Source: Planctomicrobium sp. SH661 (lineage in GTDB: Bacteria > Planctomycetota > Planctomycetia > Planctomycetales > Planctomycetaceae). From it: a stretch of DNA of 32,000 nucleotides. Where the stretch lies: contig NZ_CP195791.1 in NCBI RefSeq assembly GCF_051465655.1, positions 4,880,734 to 4,912,733 of the forward strand, read 5' to 3'. The notes beneath the pieces are model-generated. The model made no database searches and was not told where the DNA came from. It was given only the letters and a program-made list of their open reading frames with translations. The position numbers were made by a program, and so were the translations under genes. Positions 8,897-21,718 of the stretch are shown piece after piece (positions within the stretch are counted from its first letter, which is position 1; the number at the start of each line of letters is the position of its first letter).

Positions 8897-9370
8897 TCAC
8901 CATGCAAAGTGAGCGAATGCCTTGTTTGCATCAGCCATACGGTGGACGTTTTCCCGCTTGGTCATGGCTGTTCCTTCGCGCTTGTAAGCGGCGATGAACT
9001 CTTCAGCCAGCGACTGAGCTGCAGGACGGCCTTTACGACCGCGGACAGCTTCGAGGATCCAGCGAATGGACAGGGCCTGCTGCCGCTTGTAGTTCACGGG
9101 AGTCGGCACCTGATAGGTGGCTCCCCCGACTCGCTTGGAGCGGACTTCGATGTGCGGCTTCACGTTTTCAATGGCGGTATTGAAAACTTCCAGCGGAGCA
9201 ACGTCGGTGATCTTCTTCTCGATCACTTCCATAGCGTCATAGAAAACGCCGAAGGCGACGCTCTTTTTGCCGTCATGCATCAGGCAATTGACAAACTTGG
9301 TCACCAGTTTGGAATTGAAGCGGGGATCCGGCTTCAGCTGGGTTTTGCTCGCTGTAAAACTCTTGGCCAT
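8897..9370 (-). CDS. rpsG: 30S ribosomal protein S7
   Basis: 157 aa ORF. The sequence is typical of S7 (..DGKKS.A..I.Y.A..., [10 protein letters not shown], ending AFAHFAW). It lies between rpsL and fusA. Confidence 0.97.
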   Translation of the reverse strand: MAKSFTASKTQLKPDPRFNSKLVTKFVNCLMHDGKKSVAFGVFYDAMEVIEKKITDVAPLEVFNTAIENVKPHIEVRSKRVGGATYQVPTPVNYKRQQALSIRWILEAVRGRKGRPAAQSLAEEFIAAYKREGTAMTKRENVHRMADANKAFAHFAW

Positions 9371-9491
9371 GAATCGTTCTCGACAACAACGCAGACAGTC
9401 TTGGTAATGTCAGTCGCTGAAGGTTTATGGTTGAAGGTTAAAGGCCGGAAAGACACTCTTTCCCACCCTAACAGTTCCAGGCATTGCCTGA

Positions 9492-9863
9492 TTATTTAGG
9501 ACGCTTGGCTCCGTAGCGGCTGCGAGCCTGACGGCGCTTCTGCACGCCCAGGGTATCCAGCACACCGCGGATGACCTTATATCGCACCCCGGGCAAGTCG
9601 CGAACACGACCGCCGCGAACCAGCACAATGCTGTGTTCCTGCAGGTTGTGGCCTTCACCGGGAATATAGGCAGTCAGTTCTTTGCCGTTCGACAACCGGA
9701 CGCGGCAGATCTTCCGCAGAGCCGAGTTCGGCTTCTTCGGAGTCATGGTCCGCACCTGCAGACAGACGCCCCGTTTTTGCGGAGCCCCTTCCAGCAATGG
9801 AGTCTTGGTCTTGGAAGTCTGCTTTTTCCGAGGCTTGCGGATCAGCTGGTTGATTGTCGGCAT
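9492..9863 (-). CDS. rpsL: 30S ribosomal protein S12
   Basis: 123 aa [13 protein letters not shown] start, [11 protein letters not shown] and [15 protein letters not shown] motifs. Confidence 0.97.
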   Translation of the reverse strand: MPTINQLIRKPRKKQTSKTKTPLLEGAPQKRGVCLQVRTMTPKKPNSALRKICRVRLSNGKELTAYIPGEGHNLQEHSIVLVRGGRVRDLPGVRYKVIRGVLDTLGVQKRRQARSRYGAKRPK

Positions 9864-9958
9864 GGAACCGTTCGTCGCGTCTGAAAGTCAATACTGGCCA
9901 TAACTTAACTAAAATCTCCCCAGCCGCCACGCTCAGGCGGCAAGAAAGGGAATCTCGA

Positions 9959-9987
9959 AATGTATCGAGGCACGCAAAGCTGGTCAA
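9959..9987 (-). promoter_or_regulatory. candidate sigma70-type promoter for the rpsL-rpsG-fusA operon
   Basis: On the minus strand, TTGACC (9987-9982), a 17-nt spacer, then TACATT (9964-9959), about 95 nt upstream of the rpsL ATG. Direct TTTCCACA repeats lie just upstream (10004-10034 on the plus strand). A GCCGCC-N7-GGCGGC hairpin (9923-9941) would fall in the leader. Planctomycete promoter rules are poorly known, so this is tentative. Confidence 0.4.
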
Positions 9988-10191
9988 GCGAGTGACGATT
10001 CAACCACAATTTTCCACATGATTTCCACAAAACCGCACGAACCCTCGCCCAGCCCCCTTGCAGTCCCCGGGTTCATACAGATCACTGGATCGTTGCCGAC
10101 AAATTCGAGCCCGTGAACTTCAGCCACTCGACGACACCCCCTATGATTGCTGGCTCAAAAAAAAACAGACACAGCCTCCGGAGCCGACTCA

Positions 10192-10518
10192 ATGCCCACC
10201 CCACACGAAATGTACGATGAAGCCGTCAAACTCAAAAACGACGGAGACCTGACCGGAGCAATTGCCAAGCTTCAGGAAATCACCGCTGCCCACCCAAACC
10301 ACGCGGACTCACATTCCGCCCTCGCTGTCTACCTGCAACGACAAGGACGATTCGAAGAAGCGATCGAGCACGCCAAGAAAGTGTGTGAACTCGTCCCGAA
10401 CGACGCCTTCTCCTACACGCAGCTCTCCGTGATCTATGTCAAATGCGGAAAGATCCCGGAAGCAGAAGAAGCCAAAGCCCGCGCCCACATGGTGCAGGCT
10501 GGGATGGGAATGCGGTAA
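10192..10518 (+). CDS. small tetratricopeptide-repeat (TPR) protein
   Basis: The ORF track entry starts at TTG 10147. I prefer the in-frame ATG at 10192 (MPTPHEMYDEAVKLKNDGDL...). The sequence shows a helical A/Y/L repeat pattern (AIAKLQEITAAHPNHADSHSALAVYLQRQGRFEEAIEHAKKVCELVPND) typical of TPR units. Confidence 0.7.
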   Translation: MPTPHEMYDEAVKLKNDGDLTGAIAKLQEITAAHPNHADSHSALAVYLQRQGRFEEAIEHAKKVCELVPNDAFSYTQLSVIYVKCGKIPEAEEAKARAHMVQAGMGMR

Positions 10519-10569
10519 AGAATCGCGAATTTTCGCGACAGTCCGAAGAACATCAACATCCAATCGGCG

Positions 10570-10602
10570 GTTTTGCCACACACTTCAAGTGTGTGGCAAA
10601 AC
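10570..10602. repeat. 33-nt perfect palindrome between the convergent TPR and gatB genes; copy 2 of the family
   Basis: GTTTTGCCACACACTT-C-AAGTGTGTGGCAAAAC read directly from the sequence. It has the same core as 8833-8865, in the opposite orientation. Confidence 0.85.
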
Positions 10603-10623
10603 ACCCACACTGCAATCAGGCGA

Positions 10624-12135
10624 TCAGGACAGTTTCGCGAAGATCAGTTCGCGAACCAGCTTCGGGTCGGCCCCTTTCACCTGCTTCATCACTTTCCCGA
10701 TGATCGCCCCCAGGGCCTGCTGTTTCCCGGCTCGGAAATCCTCAATCGCGCGGGCATTTTCCGCCATGGCCGCTGTGATGGCTGCCTCCAGCGCCCCGGT
10801 GTCATTGACCACTGCCAGACCGCGCTCTGCGATGAGTCGGTCGATGTCGGACACGACAGGAACCGTATACTCTTCGCAGCTCTCGCCCTCCTCATCGTCC
10901 CGTTCAGGGGGAAGCAGAAGCGAGAAAACTTCGCGGGCACTTTTCACCGTCAGAACCTTGTCAGTGACTCGCTTCAAGAGAGTTCCGAGCACGTCGGAGC
11001 TGATCGGAAACTCATCAACGGACAGTCGGCGGTCGTTCAGCTCCCGCAGCACATCCTGCGTCACCCAGTTGGCTGCCTGCTTGGCATCACCACAAAGAGC
11101 AAAGACCTGTTCATAGTAGTCAGCGACCGCTGAGCCCTGATTCACGAGGACATTTGCATCATACGGACTCAGCCCAAGTTCCTGTTGAAAGCGGTTCCGA
11201 CGCCGGGCAGGGGACTCTTTCAGCGAGGAACGGATTTCCTCAATGGTCTCCCGGGAGACCGTCACTGGCAGCAGGTCGGGGTCGGGGAAGTAACGATAAT
11301 CGGCAGCGGCTTCTTTGCCTCGCTGGGCGAACGTCAGATTCCGATTGGCATCCCAGCCGCGAGTTTCCTTCTCTACCCCGGGATCACCGAGCTTCTTCCC
11401 GGTCGCAGTGAATTCCTTGAGCTGCCGCTGAACTTCATACTCGATGGCTGCCTCGACGCCACGGAACGTATTCAGGTTTTTGATCTCCACAATCGGCGTG
11501 GCGATCTTCTCGCCCATGTCGATATGCAGGTTCACATTCGCATCGCAGCGCATGCTCCCTTCCTGCATGTTGCAGTCGGAGACCCCCAGAAATGTCAGCA
11601 GCAGGTGCATTTCTTCGAGAAATGATTTCGCCTCAGCTGCCGAGCGAATGTCTGGCTGCGTCACGATCTCCAGAAGCGGCGTCCCGGCACGGTTGAGGTC
11701 AACCTGACTGTCGGCTCCGCGACCGGACTCATCGTGAATGTTCTTCCCGGCATCCTCTTCCAGGTGAGCACGGAGAATCCGCACCTGGCTGGTCGTGCCG
11801 TCCGCCCGTGTCGCTTCCAGATAGCCGTCATGGCTGAAGGGGAGATCGTACTGGCTGATCTGATACCCCTTGGGAAGGTCGGGGTAGTAATACTGCTTGC
11901 GGTCCCACTTGGTGAACGGGGCAATCTCGCAATTGAGCGCCAGTGCTGTGATCAGCGAGAGCCGAAACGCCTCCTGATTCATCACAGGCAACGCACCGGG
12001 AAGCCCCAGACAGACTGGACACGTCTGCGTATTCGGGGCGTCTGGATTGAACCGGTTCAGGCAGCCGCAAAAGATCTTGGTCTTAGTCTGCAGCTGCACA
12101 TGGACTTCCAGTCCGACGACGGTGGTGTATTGCAT
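10624..12135 (-). CDS. gatB: Asp-tRNA(Asn)/Glu-tRNA(Gln) amidotransferase subunit B
   Basis: 503 aa [22 protein letters not shown]-terminus, [12 protein letters not shown] motif, and a C-terminal YqeY/GatB tail (GKVMK...GADPKLV). Confidence 0.95.
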   Translation of the reverse strand: MQYTTVVGLEVHVQLQTKTKIFCGCLNRFNPDAPNTQTCPVCLGLPGALPVMNQEAFRLSLITALALNCEIAPFTKWDRKQYYYPDLPKGYQISQYDLPFSHDGYLEATRADGTTSQVRILRAHLEEDAGKNIHDESGRGADSQVDLNRAGTPLLEIVTQPDIRSAAEAKSFLEEMHLLLTFLGVSDCNMQEGSMRCDANVNLHIDMGEKIATPIVEIKNLNTFRGVEAAIEYEVQRQLKEFTATGKKLGDPGVEKETRGWDANRNLTFAQRGKEAAADYRYFPDPDLLPVTVSRETIEEIRSSLKESPARRRNRFQQELGLSPYDANVLVNQGSAVADYYEQVFALCGDAKQAANWVTQDVLRELNDRRLSVDEFPISSDVLGTLLKRVTDKVLTVKSAREVFSLLLPPERDDEEGESCEEYTVPVVSDIDRLIAERGLAVVNDTGALEAAITAAMAENARAIEDFRAGKQQALGAIIGKVMKQVKGADPKLVRELIFAKLS

Positions 12136-12164
12136 GGGAAGAAGGGGACAGGGGTCAGGGGACA
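12136..12164. repeat. G-tract / heptamer repeat, GGG-N5-(GGGGWCA)x3, abutting the gatB start codon
   Basis: GGGAAGAAGGGGACAGGGGTCAGGGGACA directly follows CAT (12133-12135). It has the same heptamer core as the 23391-23449 array. Confidence 0.8.
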
Positions 12165-12215
12165 GCGAAGAGAGAGTAGTGTATGGAACTGGTTGCGTTT
12201 GTCACATCGGATGGG

Positions 12216-12374
12216 GATTTGAAACGCAGAGATCGCCGAGGACGCAGAGAGGAGTTGCCCAGCACTCTCCCTTGCACCGATTCCGTCCTCCCCCCACCAA
12301 TCCAGCAACGTCTTCCAAACCGCGACGCGTCCATCTCTCCCTAGATTTCTCTGCGCTCTCTGCGTTTCAAAATC
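12216..12374. repeat. inverted repeat with 9-bp-periodic arms, (CGCAGAGNN)x3 left and (CTCTGCG NN)x2 right, around a roughly 93-nt C-rich spacer
   Basis: Left arm 12216-12253: GATTTGAAA CGCAGAGAT CGCCGAGGA CGCAGAGAG. Right arm 12347-12374: TTCTCTGCG CTCTCTGCG TTTCAAAATC. The reverse complement of the right arm (GATTTTGAAACGCAGAGAGCGCAGAGAA) matches the left arm apart from a 1-nt indel and one looped-out unit. Confidence 0.8.
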
Positions 12375-12570
12375 TTTCTCCCACCCCCCGGACACGGCCA
12401 CCACCCCCGTGGCAGTCAGAGCCCAGATTCCGCGACCAGAAATGTGCAAAAGGTGCAAACAGCTGAAAAATGAAGACCCTTCTCTGAAAACTTGACCGCG
12501 GGCTTTCCGAATACTAGACTGTTCCACTTATTCTGGGCTGGGCGATCTATTCAAAACACTTATCAATCCC

Positions 12571-13503
12571 GTGAACCTCCGAAACACCGAAATCTTCTGT
12601 GACATTGCCACGCACCGCAGCTTCTCCAAGGCTGCGGCGTTTCGGCAGATTTCACAGCCTGCTGTCAGCCAGGCGTTGCAGCAACTTGAAGATGACATTG
12701 GTGTTACGCTGATCGACCGTTCCAAACGCCCGATCGAACTTACTGCCGCCGGCAGTGTCTACTTCGAACGATGCCAGAAATGGCTCATCGATTACCGGGC
12801 CATCGAAGACGCGGTCCATCAATTCAGCGGACGTGTGGTGGGGAAGGTTCGGGTTTCGTCAATTTACTCGGTCGGTCTTCTGCAGATGTCGTCGTACGTC
12901 GCCCGTCTGCGGGAGGAATACCCGGATATTGAACTGCATCTCGATTACGGGCATCCGGACGCCATTTACAACCGGTTGCTGCGAGACGAGGTGGATCTGG
13001 GGATTGTTTCGTTTCCGCGGGACGGCGGAGAGATTGGATGCATTCCCTGGCAGGATCAGGAAATGGTGCTGGCGGTTCCGGCGGGACATCGCTGGGCGGG
13101 CCGGGACCAGATCAGTATTCAGGAACTGGACGACGTTGATTTTGTCGCATTTACCGCAGACCTCACAATCCGCCGGAAGACAGAAAAATTATTGAAGAAT
13201 GCGGATGTCGCGGTGAACGTGACCCATCAGTTCGATAACGTGGAGACCATCAAAAGGGCAGTGGAGATTGGCCTGGGAGTTGCCATTCTGCCGCTGCCGA
13301 CCCTGCGACGCGAAATGGAATTCGGCGTTCTGCACCCTGTGCCGTTTTCAGATGTGAAATTCGTTCGTCCGCTAGGGATCGTGCATAAGCGCCACAAGCA
13401 CTTGTCCCGTGCTGCTGAGAAGTTTGTGGAGTTATTGCATGAAGATCCAGGTGATGGGGCCATCGCCAGCCCTCAGCTGACGGCCATGGGCAGTCAGATC
13501 TGA
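12571..13503 (+). CDS. LysR-family transcriptional regulator
   Basis: 310 aa ORF with a GTG start. The N-terminal wHTH region (FCDIATHRSFSKAAAFRQISQPAVSQALQQLEDDIGVTLIDRSKRP) is a textbook LysR signature. Confidence 0.9.
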   Translation: MNLRNTEIFCDIATHRSFSKAAAFRQISQPAVSQALQQLEDDIGVTLIDRSKRPIELTAAGSVYFERCQKWLIDYRAIEDAVHQFSGRVVGKVRVSSIYSVGLLQMSSYVARLREEYPDIELHLDYGHPDAIYNRLLRDEVDLGIVSFPRDGGEIGCIPWQDQEMVLAVPAGHRWAGRDQISIQELDDVDFVAFTADLTIRRKTEKLLKNADVAVNVTHQFDNVETIKRAVEIGLGVAILPLPTLRREMEFGVLHPVPFSDVKFVRPLGIVHKRHKHLSRAAEKFVELLHEDPGDGAIASPQLTAMGSQI

Positions 13504-13613
13504 ATCACCTTGTCGATTGAAATCCTTGTTTGAATTCACCTTGCCGAATGGGTCGGCGTCACAGCCTTTGAGCTGAAGTTCCCGTTTTTTTGTCCTCCAG
13601 GTTCGAGAATCCA

Positions 13614-14162
13614 ATGGTCACTCTGACACGGTACATCACGGCCGAAGAATACGGTCAGATGCCTCGTTCGGGGACCGTTACGGAACTGGTGCGAGGAGAA
13701 ATTGTGGATTTCAACCAATCATTCCCGCGTCAGGGACAGGTCTGTGCTGCGGTTTCCTATGCACTGAGCAGACATCTGGAATCCGCACAGCTGGGTCATG
13801 TCGTCGTGAATTCCGGCATCCTCACGTCCCGCAATCCGGACACGGTGCGGTGCGGGGATGTCTGGTACGTCTCGTATCGCAAGGTTCCTCGCGGCCCCTT
13901 GCCAAAAGGCTATCTGGATGTTTCGCCGGACATCGTGTTCGAAGTGAAATCACCCGGTGACCGCTGGGGCCAGATTCTCGCGAAAGTCGCGGAGTATCTG
14001 GATCTCGACGTGGGAGTGGTGTGTGTCCTCGATCCCGAGGAAGAGATGGTTCGGCTGTACTACGCCGACCGCCCGGAAGTGATTCTGGCGGGAGAAGATC
14101 CCGTCACGTTTCCCGAGCAGCTGCCCGGGTTCGAAGTTCAGGCACAGAAGTTTTTTCAATAG
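13614..14162 (+). CDS. Uma2-family (DUF820) putative endonuclease, PD-(D/E)XK-like
   Basis: The ORF track entry starts at TTG 13590. I prefer the ATG at 13614 (MVTLTRYITAEEY...). A T.EEY start, TELVRGEIV, and the PDIVFEVKSPGD segment (D...E-x-K) are typical of Uma2 proteins. Confidence 0.8.
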   Translation: MVTLTRYITAEEYGQMPRSGTVTELVRGEIVDFNQSFPRQGQVCAAVSYALSRHLESAQLGHVVVNSGILTSRNPDTVRCGDVWYVSYRKVPRGPLPKGYLDVSPDIVFEVKSPGDRWGQILAKVAEYLDLDVGVVCVLDPEEEMVRLYYADRPEVILAGEDPVTFPEQLPGFEVQAQKFFQ

Positions 14163-14246
14163 AGAACGCGTTCACGGGTGAGCGGGCGATTCGTCCGTCA
14201 GTCAGGTTCGCATTGTAGAAGTCGTTTCAAGTTGGCAGGAATTGTA

Positions 14247-18860
<4,614 letters not shown>

Positions 18861-18872
18861 CGGAGAAAAAAA

Positions 18873-18910
18873 GATTTCACCACGGAAGGCACGGAAATCA
18901 CGGAAGAAGA
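18873..18910 (+). repeat. arm A: (CACGGAANN)x3 nonamer-periodic repeat immediately after the gltB stop
   Basis: GATTTCAC CACGGAAGG CACGGAAAT CACGGAAGA AGA, with units at 18881, 18890 and 18899. Confidence 0.85.
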
Positions 18911-19018
18911 AATTGAATTGAGGTCTCTAACTCCCTGTGAGGCAGTTGGAGTGATCGGAGACTTAAAAGTAAAAACAAGTTAAACGTCTGACTGAAAGAT
19001 CAGGGCTGCCGGACGAGA

Positions 19019-19056
19019 AGTTTTTCCGTGCTTTCCGTGTCTTCCGTGGTTAAAAA
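19019..19056 (-). repeat. arm B: inverted copy of arm A, upstream of the GxxExxY gene
   Basis: TTTTTCCGTGCTTTCCGTGTCTTCCGTGGTTAAAAAA, with TTCCGTG cores at 19024, 19033 and 19042. The reverse complement matches arm A at 26 of 29 positions, and two of the three differences would be G-U pairs in RNA. Confidence 0.85.
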
Positions 19057-19073
19057 ATTCTTCAGGTCAAGTC

Positions 19074-19448
19074 ATGGCGCTGATTTACGAAGAAGAGTCG
19101 TACGCCATCCTTGGAGCATGTTTTGAGGTTTACAACGAGATGGGGCCAGGGTTTTTGGAGTCGGTATACCAGGAGTGCCTCGCGTTAGAATTCGCTTCAC
19201 GAGGCATTCCATTTGTTGCGAAGACAGGCCTGCTGCTTCAATACAAGAACGTGAAACTCACTCAGACTTACGAAGCCGATTTTGTTTGTTTTGGGAAGAT
19301 TATCCTCAAGATTAAAGCGGTCAGCAGCCTGCATGAAGTTTTTCGAGCTCAGCTCTTGAACTATCTGGCTGCCACGGACTTCAAGCTTGGATTTTTAGTC
19401 AATTTTTGCAGCCACCCTAAATTGGAATATCAAAGAATCGCACGTTAG
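19074..19448 (+). CDS. GxxExxY protein (small PD-(D/E)XK nuclease-superfamily member)
   Basis: 124 aa ORF. The eponymous motif is GFLESVY in ...GPGFLESVYQECL.... An E-x-D...K-type core (YEADFVCFGKIILKIKA) is present. G+C is visibly lower than in the flanking gltB/gltD: my hand counts on single 60-nt lines gave about 40-52% versus about 58%. Confidence 0.85.
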   Translation: MALIYEEESYAILGACFEVYNEMGPGFLESVYQECLALEFASRGIPFVAKTGLLLQYKNVKLTQTYEADFVCFGKIILKIKAVSSLHEVFRAQLLNYLAATDFKLGFLVNFCSHPKLEYQRIAR

Positions 19449-19461
19449 TGAAATTCATCTG

Positions 19462-19506
19462 TCTTCTTTCATTTCCGTGCATTCCGTCTCTTCCGTGGTT
19501 AAGAAG
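19462..19506 (-). repeat. arm C: second inverted copy of the nonamer-periodic arm, ending 9 nt before the gltD ATG
   Basis: TTCTTTCATTTCCGTGCATTCCGTCTCTTCCGTGGTTAAGAAG, with cores at 19473, 19482 and 19491. It is a direct repeat of arm B and inverted relative to arm A. Confidence 0.85.
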
Positions 19507-19514
19507 TATTCGTC

Positions 19515-21035
<1,521 letters not shown>

Positions 21036-21115
21036 ACAACGGTAGAAATGCTACAGGCAGAAATGTCTGGGGCAGCGGAACGTCAAAAACCGCAACCTGA
21101 AGAATTCTCTCCCTT

Positions 21116-21154
21116 GGGCCGCATGCTTCTGGCATGCGGCCCAATTTTCATTTT
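21116..21154 (+). terminator. rho-independent terminator downstream of gltD
   Basis: GGGCCGCATGC-TTCTG-GCATGCGGCCC gives an 11-bp perfect stem, followed by AATTTTCATTTT. Confidence 0.8.
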
Positions 21155-21234
21155 CAGACCTGGGAATTCGATCCCCGTCTCACTCAGAAGATCTCTCACA
21201 ACCGCGTCGGACGGAGAAGTCGGCAGGGGAACCT

Positions 21235-21250
21235 GTTGCAAAATTGCAAC
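21235..21250. promoter_or_regulatory. operator-like palindrome GTTGCAA-AA-TTGCAAC upstream of the STAS gene
   Basis: 7-bp inverted half-sites, 71 nt upstream of ATG 21321. It shares a GCAA-A-TTGC core with the palindrome at 22288-22302. Confidence 0.3.
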
Positions 21251-21320
21251 TTTCCCACTTCACCCCGGCTCGCTGCGGGATAGGAATTGGTATCGAACAT
21301 GTGTGATACGGAGTTGAGAT

Positions 21321-21674
21321 ATGCCTCACCTGAACGCCACCCTCCGCAACGATTATCTGCGAATTACGATTCACGATGGCCACGCTGACGCCCCCGCATT
21401 GAACGCCATGCAGGCGGAGTTTGTGGAGCATCTGCAGTCGGCAGCATTCTCCGACGTGGTCATCGTCGATCTGCCGAGTGTTGACCAGCTGGGATCCGGT
21501 CTGGTCAGTATGCTGCTGACATGGCGCCGGATTGCCGCACTGGCCGGACGCAAGTTCCGGATCAACGGGGTCAGCCGAATCGTTTCACAGATCGAAGCCC
21601 AGATGTCCGCCAAAATGCCAGCGACGCGTTCGGGACCGCATCATCTTCGCAGCCCACGACACGTCATTGCATAG
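21321..21674 (+). CDS. STAS-domain protein (anti-sigma-factor antagonist-like)
   Basis: 117 aa ORF. VVIVDLPSVDQLGSGLVSMLLTWRRIAALAGRKFRINGVS resembles the STAS core (vDls.v.fidSsGl..Ll). The assignment is by eye only. Confidence 0.55.
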   Translation: MPHLNATLRNDYLRITIHDGHADAPALNAMQAEFVEHLQSAAFSDVVIVDLPSVDQLGSGLVSMLLTWRRIAALAGRKFRINGVSRIVSQIEAQMSAKMPATRSGPHHLRSPRHVIA

Positions 21675-21676
21675 AC

Positions 21677-21706
21677 CGTAGGTCGACGACATGCCGGCGA
21701 CCTACG
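21677..21706. terminator. hairpin between the convergent STAS and thioredoxin genes (possible bidirectional terminator)
   Basis: CGTAGGTCG-N12-CGACCTACG, a 9-bp perfect stem. There is no clear U-tract on either side. Confidence 0.4.
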
Positions 21707-21718
21707 CAAACATGAAAA

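Noticed and set aside
12047-12527. Two overlapping ORFs (139 aa on the plus strand, 156 aa on the minus strand) covering the gatB-LysR intergenic region.
   Set aside because: Both are low-complexity, overlap the gatB N-terminus or run through the inverted repeats and C/G tracts, and have no recognisable domains. The region is better explained as structured non-coding DNA.
14178-14246. An N-terminal extension of gltB from GTG 14178, as given in the ORF track.
   Set aside because: The extension (MSGRFVRQSGSHCRSRFKLAGIV) is basic and non-conserved in appearance. ATG 14247 is preceded by a GGCAGGA purine tract and gives a normal-length propeptide before the catalytic Cys. I kept the shorter model but cannot prove it.
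18873-19506. Whether the short repeats (here, at 12216-12374 and at 23391-23449) could be a CRISPR array.
   Set aside because: The units are only 7-9 bp and are directly tandem, with no unique spacers of about 30 bp. No cas genes are in the window. The arms are inverted rather than direct, evenly spaced repeats.
21048-21317. An 89 aa plus-strand ORF downstream of gltD.
   Set aside because: It runs straight through the strong rho-independent terminator at 21116-21154 and has no recognisable features.
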